Origin: Eledone cirrhosa
Taxonomy: Eukaryota
Direction of reading: 5' to 3'
Assembly (NCBI GenBank): GCA_964016885.1
Contig: CAXHJY010000351.1
Coordinates: 8,994 to 72,993, forward strand
DNA length: 64,000 bases
The notes beneath the pieces were generated by a model. It was not told the origin of the DNA. It saw only the letters and a list, made by a program, of their open reading frames with translations, and ran no database searches. Below are positions 1-15,170 of this stretch, piece after piece. Position 1 is the stretch's first letter; the number at the start of each line of letters is the position of its first letter. Made by a program: the position numbers and the translations under genes.

Positions 1-1187
1 CGTGGATGAGCATTCCACAAACACGTGTACACTTAATGTAATTCTCGGGGAGATTCAGCATAACACAGTGTAACAAGGGCCTCCAAGAGAAATTTTGCAA
101 GGCGGTACAAGACCCCTTTGGGGCCCGAAGCAGGGAATGATTTTTCTCAAAATTGATGTTGCAGGGTTGCTGTGGGGCCTTCTTAGCTCTTGGGCCCTGG
201 AACAATGTACCGACTGGATCCCCCTCACATAGGCCCTGGTAACATGACTTGTAGGTCCTAGTATTTGTGAAATTATGTGTCTTTGTCAACTCCACAATGC
301 ACACCCGAGAATCGAATTCACAACCTTATGATCTTGAACCAATGCCCTATCCTCTAAGCCATATGCCTGCACTCCATACCAAACCACTGAAACCTATCAA
401 TGGTGCCTCTACACGAACGCTTGGCCTGCTAGAAATAGAACCCAAATTTACCACAAAGCATTCAGCTATTACTAAAACTACGACCACAACTACCATCACA
501 AACACTACCACACCACTACCACTAAAACTACAACCACAACTACCATCACCAACACTATAACCTCCACCACCACCACTACCACTACCATTACCACTAAAAC
601 TACGATCACAACCAACACTACCACCAACACCAACACCAACACCACCACTACCAATACCACTAAAACTACGACCACAACTACCATCACGAACACTATCACT
701 ACCACTAAAACTACAACCGCAACTACCATCACCAACACTACCACCACTACCACTAAAACTACAGCTACAACCAGAATTGCCACCACAACAACCACCACCA
801 CCACCACTACCACCAGCAACACCACTACCACTACTACCGCCACCACTACTACTACCACTACCACTACTACAACCACCACCACCACCACACCACAACCACC
901 ACTACTATCACCACCACCACTACTACCACTAGCTCCACCTAACGACACACTAGAGGATAAAATGCTAAGCTAAAATAAACTACGGTGAGTTAAGAGATTT
1001 GTGCGTGTGTGTCTGGGGGGGGGGGGTTGTTTGGGGGTCTCGGGTGGTATATAAAGAGAGAAGGGGGAGGGGTAAAATAATAAAGTGTAGTAGAGAAGGA
1101 GATAGAGATTGTGAGGCAGGGGTGAAAATACCAATATAAACAAGCGCGTGTGTGAGTCTAGATATATATATATACACACACACACAC

Positions 1188-1218
<31 letters not shown>

Positions 1219-1302
1219 CATAAACACACACACACAAAATATACATATACATACATATATATATACACACACATATATATATATTTATATATACATATAC
1301 AT

Positions 1303-1333
<31 letters not shown>

Positions 1334-1444
1334 CATATATATATATATACACGCATATATACATGTATTTACATACATACATACATATATATATAGACAT
1401 ATATATATACACACTTATATATATATATACACGCATATATACAT

Positions 1445-1489
<45 letters not shown>

Positions 1490-2005
1490 TACTCGCAAGA
1501 CAGACATACAAAATAGGTGGTTGTTTTGGACAGCCATGCTTGGTCAGTTTACAAAACCTAAATGCGTGTTTACTATTATTGTTGTTGTTACTGTTGTAGT
1601 TGTTGTTGTGATGATGATATCGATGCAGCTGTTGTTGTTGTGATATCAATGCTGCTGCTGTTGTTGTTGACCAACACCATGATAAGTTCCTCAGCAATAC
1701 ACCATTTGCTCCTAGATCAACGATAAAAGCCGGTCTTGTTGTGGAAGCGATCCTCATAAATCTAGAATGTTCCAACACACAACAGACACAGTACAGATAC
1801 TGAATGAAGACCGAATACTCTGGAGACATTTAGACATCAGCATATTGCGCATGCTCCACTGACCATCAACTCGACTGCTTCAGCTAAAGAGAATATCATC
1901 CTTGACCTGCTAAATATAATGGTTTTTAATTTAGACACAAGGCCAGCAATTTTGGGGTAGGGAAAAGTCGATTAAATCGACCCAGTGCGTTACTGGTACT
2001 TTACT

Positions 2006-2053
<48 letters not shown>

Positions 2054-2221
2054 ATACTAATAATGCTAATAATTGTTTCTACTTTTGGCACAAGGCCAGC
2101 AATTATCGCAGTGTATTACTGGTACTTTATTTTATCGACCCCCATAAGGATGAAAGGCAAAGTTGACCTCGGCGGGATTTGAACTCAGAATAAGGATAAG
2201 GTCTAACTTTACTTATCAGCT

Positions 2222-2652
2222 GTAGGTGCTAATCCAACATGGTCTAATAACTGAAACAAGTTGGTACTACTGCAGCATGGCCGCAGTCTAATGCCTGAAA
2301 CAAGTAGGTGCTACTCCAGCATGGCCGCGGTCTAATAACTGAAACAAGTTGGTACTACTCCAGCATGGCCGCAGTCTAATGACTGAAACAAGTTGGTACT
2401 ACTTCAGCATGGCCGCAGTCTAATAACTGAAACAAGTAGGTGCTACTCCAGCATGGCCGGAATCTAATGCCTGAAACAACTAGGTGCTACTTCAGCATGG
2501 CCGCAGTCTAATAACTGAAACAAGTAGGTGCTACTCCAGCATGGCCGGAATCTAATGCCTGAAACAACTAGGTGCTACTTCAGCATGGCCGCAGTCTAAT
2601 AACTGAAACAAGTAGGTGGTACTCCAACATGGCCGGAATCTAATGCCTGAAA
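2222..2652. repeat. 44-bp minisatellite, about 9.5 copies, apparently from a SINE 3' segment
   Basis: CTGAAACAAG recurs at 2251, 2295, 2339 and onward; similar single-copy sequence at about 11670-11718 (-) and 44078-44120. Confidence 0.9.
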
Positions 2653-2957
2653 TCAATAAAGCGACATACATATCAAAGGTCAAAGATAAAATAAGACATT
2701 TTCGAGGTTTTGGTAAATATTTTATTAATCTTTTTGTTTTGTTTGTTTCAATATTTTGTTGTTTTTGTTGTTGTTGTTGTTTATTATTAACAAATCGATT
2801 ACATTGATTCTTCAACCCATTCTCCTTCCCCACTCCTCTTCCTTCCGTTATCCTCTCTTTGGCGCTTGTTTGTATATATATATAAATGTATATATATATA
2901 GACATTTAAGTTCTTTTTATATATATATATATATGTATATATTTAAATATCTCTATA

Positions 2958-3058
<101 letters not shown>

Positions 3059-3092
3059 TTATATATATATATACATATACATACATATATAC

Positions 3093-3133
<41 letters not shown>

Positions 3134-4338
3134 CATACACATACATATATATGTATATGTATATATGCAAGTTTTTTTTTATATATTTATATAATTTTCT
3201 TTTTACATATTTCTGGACGTTTTGTTCTTTCTTTTTTTCTTTATAATTTCCCCATAAATGGAATTACAGTCACAATCACCACCACCATCACCATCATCAT
3301 CACCGTACTAAATAATTAACCATCTTCCCATCTCTTTCATAATTATGAAATGTCTGTCTTAATTACAATTACCAACATCATCATCATCATCACAATTTTA
3401 AAAATATTTTTTTAATAATTTTTATTCATTTTTCCATTTATGGAGTCTCCACATTTTTGCGGAATTTATTTAAATGTTTCTTTTCTTAATCTTATATAAA
3501 TCCTATTTTATACAAAATCCCCCTCTCCACACTGTATCATCCTGTACCGTCTTTAATGTTTCCTTAATGTGAGCCCTGTGTGGCTAATAAAGAAATCATC
3601 ATTATCATTATTATTAGTGGCTCTTGTGGCCAATAAAGAAATTATTATTATTATTATTATTATTAACGAAAAAATAAAGTACCAGTAATGTACTGGGTAA
3701 TTGCAGGCCTTGTGCCAAAAAGTAGAAACAATTATTATTATTATTATTATTAGTAGTAGTAGTATTGTTACGGCCATCTTTATTCCCCCTCCTCTTCCGC
3801 CTTCATTACCATCTCCTGTCTTCCTCCCCCTTCCCCGCCCCACAATCATAATATTCACTCATTTTTCCTCATGAATTTCTATTAACATTACATCTCAGGT
3901 AGTCTTCTTTCATTTTCCTGTGTTAATTGTTAAATTATTATACTTTTTAATTAATTAACTGTTTTGTTAGTTAATAATAATTAGTAAATTTCAGTCTTTC
4001 ATTTTGTTCTTGTTTGCTTTTCTTGATTTTATTTTTTGTTCTTCTTCTCAGGGTTTGTTGTGAGTTTGTAGTTATTGATATGTTTGTGTGTGATTATATA
4101 TAGAGAGTGAGAGAGAAAGACATAGTATTTTCTACATATATAAAGCATGATTATATATAGAGAGTGAGAGAGAAAGACATAGTATTTTCTATATAAAGCA
4201 CATAATATTTCGGAAAAAAATACCTATTTCAAAATGGAAAAAAGTTCTTTTTCCAAGTTGAGGGACGAATTTTTCTGAAATATTATGTTCTGTATATATG
4301 TACGAAATAGTATGTTTCTCAAACGATATATGGTTCCT

Positions 4339-4387
<49 letters not shown>

Positions 4388-4514
4388 CTTTTAATTGAAA
4401 TTAATGCTTTGGACAAATGTCCCTTGAGATTTTCTATTGAGAAACATAAGCATCATACATAGTATATACGTTGTGATACCTTAAATAGATGTGTATATGT
4501 GTGTGTGTGTATGT

Positions 4515-4546
<32 letters not shown>

Positions 4547-4547
<1 letters not shown>

Positions 4548-4750
4548 AGTCTCGGGTTCAATCGGGGTTAACCACAGTAAGTACGGTACCCAATACATTA
4601 GTAGAGTATATACAACACAATTTAATATAGAACTGGCTTCTACAAGACTAGAACTGTCTCATTCGAAGGAATTCATCAGGAAAGCCCTGATCATTTCCTC
4701 CGAATGAAACAATTCTAGTTCTGTAGAAGCCACTTCTATATTAAATTTTG
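4547..4750. mobile_element. Penelope-like pseudo-LTR, family C (copies about 12430-12620, 14025-14190, 18647-18710, 21450-21760, 24935-25010, 51683-51803)
   Basis: Shared CGGGTTCAATCGGGG..GTACTCAATACAT..GGCTTCTACAGGACTAGAACTGTTTCATTC block, inverted duplication around the hammerhead, next to (TG)n/(TA)n. Confidence 0.7.
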
Positions 4751-4759
4751 TTATATATA

Positions 4760-5091
<332 letters not shown>

Positions 5092-5309
5092 GTGTATAGA
5101 TGTAGGTTGTGTTGCAGGTTTTCAAGTGTATGTATAATGTATATATGCAAATATACAAATAATGATTATAATAATTAATAATAATAATAGTAATAATGAT
5201 AATAATAATAATTACTTTATTGGCCACAGGGGTCGAAAACAATAATAATAATCCACAAAGACATAGAAACAAATACAACACAAAACACACTGTCTGTTCT
5301 GTGTGGTCT

Positions 5310-5875
5310 GGCGTGTGGTGGGGTGTGGTGTGGTGTGTGGTCTGGTGTGTAGTGGTGTGATGTTGTGTGTGGTGTGTAGTGGTGTGTGGTGTGGTGTGTA
5401 GTGGTGTGATGTTGTGTGTGGTGTGTAGTGGTGTGTGGTGTGGTGTGTAGTGGTGTGTAGTGTGGTGTTATGTGTGGTGGTGTGTGGTGTGGTGTGTAGT
5501 GGTGTGGGTGTGGTATGGTGTGGTGTGTGGTGTGGTGGTGTGATGTTGTGTGTGGTGTGTAGTGGTGTGTGGTGTGGTGTGTAGTGGTGTGGGTGTGGTA
5601 TGGTGTGGTGTGTGGTGTGGTGGTGTGATGTTGTGTGTGGTGTGTAGTGGTGTGTGGTGTGGTGTGGTGGTGTGATGTAGTGTGGTGGTGTGTGGTGTGA
5701 TTTAGTGTGGTGGTGTGATGTGTGTGATGTGGTGTATGTATGTGGTATGTGATGTGAGTGTGTTGTAGTGTGTGATGAGTGTGTTGTATGTGTGTGTGAT
5801 GTCAATGTGTGTGGTGTATGTGTGTGGTGTGTGTGTGGTGAGATGTGTATGTGTGTGTGTGTGTGTGTGTGTGGT
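5310..5875. repeat. GT/GGT-rich low-complexity tract directly 3' of the Hox3 stop (CA-rich in the mRNA)
   Basis: Directly visible; similar tracts at about 470-940, 56575-57495 and 60890-62355. Confidence 0.95.
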
Positions 5876-5891
5876 GTCTTTTTTTTTCTTT

Positions 5892-7825
5892 TTAGAGATG
5901 TGTAAGTTTCGGTATATAGGAATAGGTGTCATGGTGAAGTTCATGAGCGCTGGGTATACCACATGGCCCCAGCTGTGACGTATGTGTCAGCTGGTAGTGT
6001 ATGCCACCACTAGCGTCCTCTAGTAGCGAACCTGTAATGTACGGGGAACTAGGTCCGGTCACGTGATGCAACATATGTGAGTTCATGTAGGCGTGGGGGG
6101 AGCCCACGTTCGGCGGCTGAGGCGATGATGATGATGAGGTTTGATGATGATGATGGTGATGATGTGGATGAGGTTGTTGTTGTTGTTGTTGATGGTGTTG
6201 CTGTTGTTGTTGATGGTGCTGCTGCTGATGATGTTGCTGCTGCTGCTGTTGATGGTGATGCTGTTGTTGTTGCTGATGGTGGTGATGTTGTGCATGGTGA
6301 TGCTGCTGCTGCTGCTGCTGCTGTTGTTGTTGATGATGTTGTTGCTGCTGATGATGATGATGTTGTTGTCGTTGTTGTTGCTGTTGTTGCTGTTGTTGGT
6401 GAGGCACGTACGTTGTGAGCGGCGGCGGGTGGTGCGGAGGCGGCGGGTGCGGCTGGGAGTGGTGGTGTGGAGGCATCGACCCTCCTCCCGCCGCCGCAGC
6501 CACGTGGTGAGCGACTGAGGCGCCGGCGGCGGAGTGGTGCTGGCTGATCGGATGGTGGGACGAGTGAGAAGGTGGTGGAGGCGGCGGCGCGAGCACTGCT
6601 GCTGCTGCTGTCGATGCTGCTGTTACCTGGTGATGGGCTTCCGTCGCTGGCGGCGACATCGAACACGCCGCCGTTCCAAGCATTTGTAGACTCCCCGCCG
6701 CCAGGCAGTTCCCGTTTGTCATGGCAACACCACCACTGTTACTGTTAGGGTTATTATTATCATTATCAATGTCATCAGCATCCTTGATGTCATCACCATC
6801 ATCATCGTCGTCACCACCACCGCCACCTACAGGCGTATTGTGGTTGTGACTGTTGTTGTTGTTGTTGTGTGTGGAGAGGAGGAGAGAGGAGTCTTTCATG
6901 TGTTGCGATGACGACGGCGTTGACGTCGTCGACGACGACGTCGCAGACGACGCCGCCGCCGCCAACGCCAACGCCGCTGACGACGATGATGATGATGTGG
7001 AGGAGGAGGAGGCGGCGGATGCTGATGAAGATGAGGACGACGATGATGATGATGAAGAAGAGGAGGAGGAGGAAGAGGAGGAGGATGAGGAGGAGGCCGA
7101 AGAGGAGGAAATGGTGGTAGTTATGGTGGTGATGGTCGGCGTGACAGAACAGTAAAGACCCGGTGTGCCGCTTCGCACCCCACCACCACCACCACCACCA
7201 CCAACACCACCATTACCGCCACCGCCACCACCACCACCACCACCACCGCTCATGCCAGGTGGCGGCGGCCCCAGTCCTCCTAGATTGTGTGTAGCGGGAC
7301 CTTGTGTCGTCGTCATCATCATTAAACCACCCCCTCTCGGTGAAGGGGTCGCCGATTGAGGGCGGTAGGGAGATATCGCCGAACCGCCAATCACAACTTC
7401 GTCTGAGGATAAGTTATTACCACCTCCTCCACCACCACCAACACCAACACCAACACCAACACCTCCACCGTTCATTTTTCCTAGTCGCTCCAGACTTTTC
7501 ATTGAGCTCTGACTGTCCGAATCAGAGTTGATATTTGTGAGACAATCAGAAGATTTGCCACTACCACTAGCGCTGCCATTACTGCTATTACTGCTGTTAT
7601 TGCTACACTTGTCCATATTAACCTTCATTTTTTTTTCCTTCTTGAACTTCATCCGACGATTTTGAAACCAGATTTTAATCTGACGTTCGGAGAGGTTCAG
7701 CAGAGCTGCCATCTCAATTCTCCGAGGCCTACAAAGGTACTGGTTGAAATGAAACTCTTTTTCCAATTCGACAAGTTGAGCACTCGTGTAAGCAGTTCTG
7801 GCTCGTTTTGCTGGCTGTTCACATT
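5892..7825 (-). CDS. Hox3: Hox paralogue group 3 transcription factor, terminal (homeobox) coding exon
   Basis: Pyrimidine tract plus CAG acceptor (AG at 7827-7826, phase 1), then [63 protein letters not shown] (homeodomain 7811-7632). PG3 signature residues RARTAYT and LCRPRR. Open to TAA at 5892 and ends PKLTHL like vertebrate HOX3 proteins. The ORF-track start at 7766 is an internal Leu. Confidence 0.96.
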
Positions 7826-7884
7826 CTGTTGAAGAAGAAGAAGAAAAAATGAAAATGAAATTATTATTACTTTCTTGTACAAAA

Positions 7885-8360
7885 TAATCATGCTTTCTGA
7901 TTTAGGCACAATGCCAACACTTTTTGGGGGAGGGAAAGTCGATTAATTCAACCCCAGTACACGACTGGCACTTTATTTTATCGACCCCGTAAGGATGAAA
8001 GGCAAAGTTAACCTCGGCGGGAATTGAACGCAGATCATAAAGGGCCGTAACTCTATGCTTCAAAGCATGGTGTCTGACTCTCTACTGATACTACCAATCC
8101 ACCTCTCTTTGTACAAAATAATAATTGTTTCTACATTTGGCACAAGGCCAGCAATTATCTCAGTATATTACTGGTACTTTATTTTATCGACCCCGTAAGG
8201 ATGAAAAGCAAAGTTAACCTCGGCGGGTTTTGAACTCAGACCATAAAGGGCCGTAACTAATAATGGTTTCTGATTTCAGGCACAATACCAACAATTTTTT
8301 GGGATGGGCAAAGTCCATTAAATCGATCCCAGTACATTACTGGTGCTGTATTTTATCTAT
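7885..8360 (-). mobile_element. Three tandem SINE copies about 60 bp upstream of the Hox3 acceptor
   Basis: Three successive matches to the SINE consensus in the same orientation. Confidence 0.85.
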
Positions 8361-9048
8361 TTACACACACACACATACATATATATTTACATATATGTAC
8401 ATGTATAATCACATATATGTACATATACATGTATATATATAAGTATATATAACATTTACATATATATATATACATGTACATATATACCTTCAATTATATC
8501 TATACACACATACGTGTAGATATATACACATACATATACATACATGTACATACATGTACTTATACATACATACATATTTGTACATATACACAGACAGACA
8601 CACACACACACACACATATATACACATATATAACATATCCACACACACACAGATACACAGAATCCAATATAAATCTTTTATTCAGTTCCGTTGAACAGAA
8701 CACCACTGATATTATCAAATCAATAAAACATGCACCCCTCCCGTCTCACACCCCACCACCACCACCACCACCACCACCACCACCACCACCACCACCACAA
8801 CTACCACCACCACTACCACCACCACCACCACCACCACCACCGCTGCCATTGATCCGACCAGTTGTTCTAGCATTTCTTGTAAAGAGCTATCATTGTAATT
8901 TACCAAACATTGGCTCTTATCTCTCAGTTATCTCCCCTGCAAATGACTCGTTATCGATTGGCAACAGAATAGAAATTCTTATTAACATCCTGACAACATC
9001 TCTATCAACTCATTAGATAGAGGAAAAGGAAGGGGCTTTGTTATACAC

Positions 9049-9153
<105 letters not shown>

Positions 9154-9195
9154 TATATATATAATTGGTAGATGGATATGCGCACACACTTACGC

Positions 9196-9235
<40 letters not shown>

Positions 9236-9237
<2 letters not shown>

Positions 9238-9697
9238 GATATTAACAAATGGAAACTATATTTATAAAACCATATTTATTTCATTATACATATTTCAAGG
9301 ACACTAAGTTAAATTATGGTGTGCTTTCATCAGATAAAATATAATATAGATCAGTTTTATAAATAAATATTGACATATTAAAAATAAAAATATCCAATAC
9401 TAATAATAATATAATTAAACAACTCCAGTATCCGGGAGCTTCCAACAGTAATGGTTGCATTTTTTAAGGGTATGTCAATATTTATTTATAAAACTGATCT
9501 ATATTATATTTTATCTGAGGAAAGCACACCATAATTTAACTTGGTGTCCTTGAAATATGTATAATGAAATAAATACGGTTTTATAAATATAGTTTCCATT
9601 TGTTAATATCGTATTTTTACTCCAAATATTTGTTGAGTGCTTTATATCAGTTATAAAAATATTTGCTTGTTGTATCCCAACAATTTAAATAGAACTT
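9236..9697. mobile_element. Penelope-like inverted pseudo-LTR pair, family A (other copies about 11970-12200, 13062-13380, 29398-29815, 54677-54835)
   Basis: About 140-bp arms in inverted orientation, each with a hammerhead motif; one arm extends about 85 nt further; flanked by (TA)n. Confidence 0.7.
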
Positions 9698-9698
9698 C

Positions 9699-9764
<66 letters not shown>

Positions 9765-9804
9765 TGTGTGTGTGTGAATTAAAAGGGACAAGGTGCTGTG
9801 TGGT

Positions 9805-9951
9805 TACTAATAAATGTTGTTTAGTAATGTAAGAGAAACACATCAGACAATTCCCCTCATCAGTTGTCTGCTGTGGGCCGCTGATGTTTCGATTCACAGC
9901 AGACAACTGAAGAGGGGAATTGTCTGATGTTGTGTTTCTCTTACATTTCTA

Positions 9952-9957
<6 letters not shown>
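9805..9957. mobile_element. Inverted-repeat element with hammerhead half-motifs (related sequence near 28745-28900)
   Basis: About 65-bp inverted arms, CTGATGA/CTGAAGA-GGGGAATT in each arm, CGAAACATC in the spacer (minus strand); (TA)n flanks. Confidence 0.5.
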
Positions 9958-10017
<60 letters not shown>

Positions 10018-10102
10018 CTGTTGGGTTATATCCGTAGTAGATGATGATCCGACTAAGGTGAAACAATTGTTCTCGGAAATGGTGAATTAACTGTTGTGGA
10101 AT

Positions 10103-10145
<43 letters not shown>

Positions 10146-10146
10146 G

Positions 10147-10194
<48 letters not shown>

Positions 10195-11005
10195 TACTAA
10201 CGTCCGAATTGTTAAGACCCTCTTCCTGCTATTTCAAGCGTTATATATATGTATGTATGTATATATAGTGGGTGTGTATACATTTTTTGGCGAACTATGT
10301 ATGTGTGTTTAATTACTTTTTACTCATCATGTATAAATATACAAAGTAATCATCGAAGGCTGCCCTGGGTGATATCGCACACACCGACAGCAAAAAAAAA
10401 AAGCAATAATATAAGAAAAAAAGGAAGAAAAACAAAAAATAAAAAAATAAAAAAATAAAAAGATGAAGAAAGAAGGTAAGAAGAAGAAGAAAAAGAACAA
10501 CAACATCAATAACTAGTAAAAAAACAATATAAAATTCTACGTTAAAAAATGGTGGAATATTGGATAATTTCCAATTGTTTCTATTGGACTGATTCCTGAC
10601 ATGGATTGGCACCATTCCACCAATTCTATAGACTATTACAGTTATTATTGTAGCTGTAGACGTTGTTGCTGTTGCTTGATTATATAGCACTTGCAGTCTA
10701 GGCATGACCCCAGTCCAATGACGAATACTAGGATAAAGATAAATATATCATCATCAATATTGTATATATCTACATATATATATATATATACACACATATA
10801 TGACACTTTACAGTGTGGGCTGGGCCTCTTTTGCCGTGTCACTAACATGACCACTACACAGTGTATATATATATACTGAAGTAAAAGTTAAGTGGAAATA
10901 TCCAAGAGTAAGAGCACTCAGTCCATAAGACGAGTTTCATGACAGGCCGAATGAATTGGGGCCCAGAACCCAAAGAAACTTGAGTACCTGTTTATATCAG
11001 TGTTG

Positions 11006-11057
<52 letters not shown>

Positions 11058-11769
11058 ATATATATACACACACACATATAAACAAACATATAAATATATA
11101 TAAACACATTTTTTACACTATCCCACCTTGGTGTATATATATATATATGGATACACACACACATATATGTGTATGTTATTTGTTTAAACATGGCCTGGGA
11201 CGATAATTGGCGAAAATTACCGAAGTTACGCATACACATACATCCGTACATGAACGGAGTATAACTGCCTCTAGACACACGTCAACGTCCATACGCACGT
11301 ACACAGAAACACACCATACACACACACACACACACCATACACACACACACACGCGGAGCGTAGAAATAAATTAATTAATAAAGACAAAGATACAATGAAT
11401 AGATTATGCACGTTCACCATGTTCCAACAACTCGACAGTTCATTGGTTGATAATATCGCAGCCAATCAGAACGATAGTTTAGAAATAAATATTGCAAAGA
11501 GTAGAATAAGGCGTGGCTTCCCTCAGCCTGGCTGATGGTTGCTAGATTTCTTGAAGTGATACGGCGACGGCTAAGGGACATAACTCTAGTACGACTAAAA
11601 GTTCAATATACAGTCATTGTGTGTGTGTACTTATATACACCAAGACGGGATACCATAAAACATTTGTTTACTCTTTTACCTGTTTCAGCCATCCGGCTGA
11701 GGCCATGCTGGGGCACCGTTTATATATATATTTATATATAATCATGTTAACAATTCAATTCACTGATAA

Positions 11770-11820
<51 letters not shown>

Positions 11821-11835
11821 ATTTCTATACCTTTC

Positions 11836-11879
<44 letters not shown>

Positions 11880-11894
11880 ATTTCTATACCTTTC

Positions 11895-11944
<50 letters not shown>

Positions 11945-12204
11945 TATATATAACATATATATATATATACTATATTTATATAACCATATTTATTCTATTA
12001 TATATATTTCAAGGGTACCAAAACTTTGGTACGCTCTCATCAGATAAAATACAAAGTTTGTTTTATAAATATTGACATATCCAGTGTAAAACAAACTTTG
12101 TATTTTATCTTGATGAGTGCGTACCAAAGTTATGGTACCCTTGAAATATATATAATAGAATAAATATAGTTTTATAAATATAGTTTCCATTTATTTAATA
12201 TCAT

Positions 12205-12247
<43 letters not shown>

Positions 12248-12274
12248 CGATTCTGTTATTTCTGTTTACCTTTT

Positions 12275-12360
<86 letters not shown>

Positions 12361-12652
12361 TTGTAGCAAGGTTCCTTGGATGCGTCCATAAGCGGTATGC
12401 CAGTTGAGGAACTCTATGCTGATTCGGAGTAGAGTATAATAATACGGAAAACGAAGAATCAGTGAGATTATAGTGAAATATAGAAATGGCTTCTACAGAT
12501 TTCCTTCGAATGAAACAGTTCTAGTCCTGTAGAAGCCATTTCTATATTTAATATTCATAACCTGCTATGTATTGAGTACCTTACTTACTGTGGTTACCTC
12601 CGATTGAACCCGGGATACACACACACACACACACACACAGACACAGACACAG

Positions 12653-12692
<40 letters not shown>

Positions 12693-12818
12693 TAATATTA
12701 TCTATTATATATATACATATATTAATATTATATTATATTATATTATACGGGGTCGATAAAATAAAGTACTAGTAATGTACTGGGTAATTGCTGGCCTTGT
12801 GCCAAAAGTAGAAACAAT

Positions 12819-12903
<85 letters not shown>

Positions 12904-12971
12904 GAAGGAGGCTGTAAGGGAAATAAAGGATTAGAAAAGAAACAACGGAGAAAGAGGGAGTGAGATGAGAG

Positions 12972-13015
<44 letters not shown>

Positions 13016-13419
13016 GGAGAGAGCTGAGGGAATGATATATATATATATATGTAGAGGTTATATTTAATTTGTTGGGATACAACAAGCTAAATATTTTTAT
13101 AACTGATATAAAGCACTCAACAAATTATTGGAGTAAATATACAATATATTAACAAATGGAAACTATATTTATAAAACCATATTTATTTCATTATACATGT
13201 TTCAAGGGCCACTTGAATGGTTGCATTTTTTAAGGGTATGTCAATATTTATTTATAAAACTAACCTATATTATATTTTATCTGATGAAAGCGCGCCATAG
13301 TTTGCTCTGGTGGCCCTTGAAATATGTTTAATGAAATAAATATGGTTTTATAAATATAGTTTCCATTTGTTAATATATTGTATATATATATAAAGAGGGA
13401 GCGAGAGCAAGAGCGAGCG

Positions 13420-13494
<75 letters not shown>

Positions 13495-13960
13495 GAAAAA
13501 GTGGGTGAAATAAATAAAAGAACGAACAGAAAGAATGAAGAAAAAAAAATACAACCAAAAAATAAAAGAAACCAAAAGAAAAACGAACAAAACAAAGGAA
13601 AGAAAGGAAGAAAAAAGTGTGAAATGAATGTCATAAAATTAAGTCCTAGAAGTTGTTATTGTTGGTGTTATTGTTGTTGTTGTAAATGTGAAGGTGGGTG
13701 ACCTTATTAATAGACTATCAAATAACGATAACTCATACAAAACTGACCGTTCGGTGTTAAACTGACCTCACTTTACAACTGTAGCTACTTTACTTGAGAT
13801 TTTGGGGAAGGGTTCCTTTTCAGGGATTCTGAAGGTCAAATGTTGGTGTTATTTAAAGTTAGTTTAGTTTAGAAAATGGGCCTGGATGTGGTAGGTGGGA
13901 TGGTTATGGTGGGGTATAGGCCGTCCTGATGGTGTAGGGCTATTGTGTGGGTGGTAGTTA

Positions 13961-14026
<66 letters not shown>

Positions 14027-15019
14027 TCGGGTTCAATCGGGGGGTAATCAAAGTAAGTGAGGTATTCAATACATTAGTAGAGTATAAACATCAAATTTAA
14101 TATAGAAATTACTTCTACATGACTAGAACTGTTTCCTGATGATTTCTTTTGAATGAAGCAGTTTTAGCCCTGTAGAAGCCATTTCTATAATAAACATGAT
14201 ATATATAGTACATATATAAACATTGTTCACACACACGTGTGTGTGTGTATATATATATATGTGTGTGTGTGTATGTGTATATATATATATCAAACACACA
14301 CATATATACACACATCTACATATGCACACATATATATACACACATCTACATATACACACATGAATACACCTGCAATTTCTGAAATATGAACACATATCTA
14401 AATGAAATTTGGTGGAGATAAACTGACCCAAGACCCATCATGTGTGTGTGTATGTGTGTGTACAAGTACCTGTATACATGGATGTGTCAGTGTTTGTGTC
14501 TATGTATGTGTGTGTGTGTGCATTCGAGTGTCTTTACCTCGACACCACTTGAACAGGTGGTAACATTTGTTTATATACTGCACCACTATATTTCTATGTG
14601 TGAAGACCAGTGCCAAAACAATCTCACTGAATAACAAGCTAGTATCTGTGTTAGAAAGAACATGTAATAATATAATTGTTTCTACTTTTGGCACAAGGCC
14701 AGCAATTATACCAGTGTATTACTGGTACTTTATTTTATCGACACCGTAAGGATGAAAAGCAAAGTTAACCTCGGCGGGATTTGAACTCAGACCGTAAAGG
14801 ACCATAACTCTAAGCTGCAAACATGGTGTCCGACCCTCTAAGCGATACTACCAATCCACCGCCCTTACATCTAATAATACAATGCTGCTTTAAATACACG
14901 CGTTTAAAACATGCTACCATGGTAAACTGGATGTTAAGACTCTCTTGCTGCTATTTCAAGCCTTAAACTAATATATTCTTTCCATATACAGTAATTTTTG
15001 TGTTATTATTTCTGTTTAC

Positions 15020-15090
<71 letters not shown>

Positions 15091-15170
15091 CCTCCACATC
15101 CACCAAGCGTGAACTTAATATAACTGCGTAAAAATTGCCTCCTGTGTTTTGTGTCTTTCATTTATTAACT

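Noticed and set aside
2222-2652. CRISPR-like regular repeat
   Set aside because: Contiguous 44-bp units without unique spacers; resembles a SINE segment.
6049-7531. Overlapping and antisense ORFs across the Hox3 exon
   Set aside because: By-products of GC-rich trinucleotide coding repeats.
7697-7909. 70-aa ORF as the N-terminus of Hox3
   Set aside because: Different frame from the homeodomain; runs through the pyrimidine tract and a SINE.
9236-9697. Family A and similar hairpins as classical MITEs or miRNA precursors
   Set aside because: Arms are unequal, inversion centres vary between copies and arms hold hammerhead motifs, which fits Penelope-type inverted ends better than fixed TIRs.
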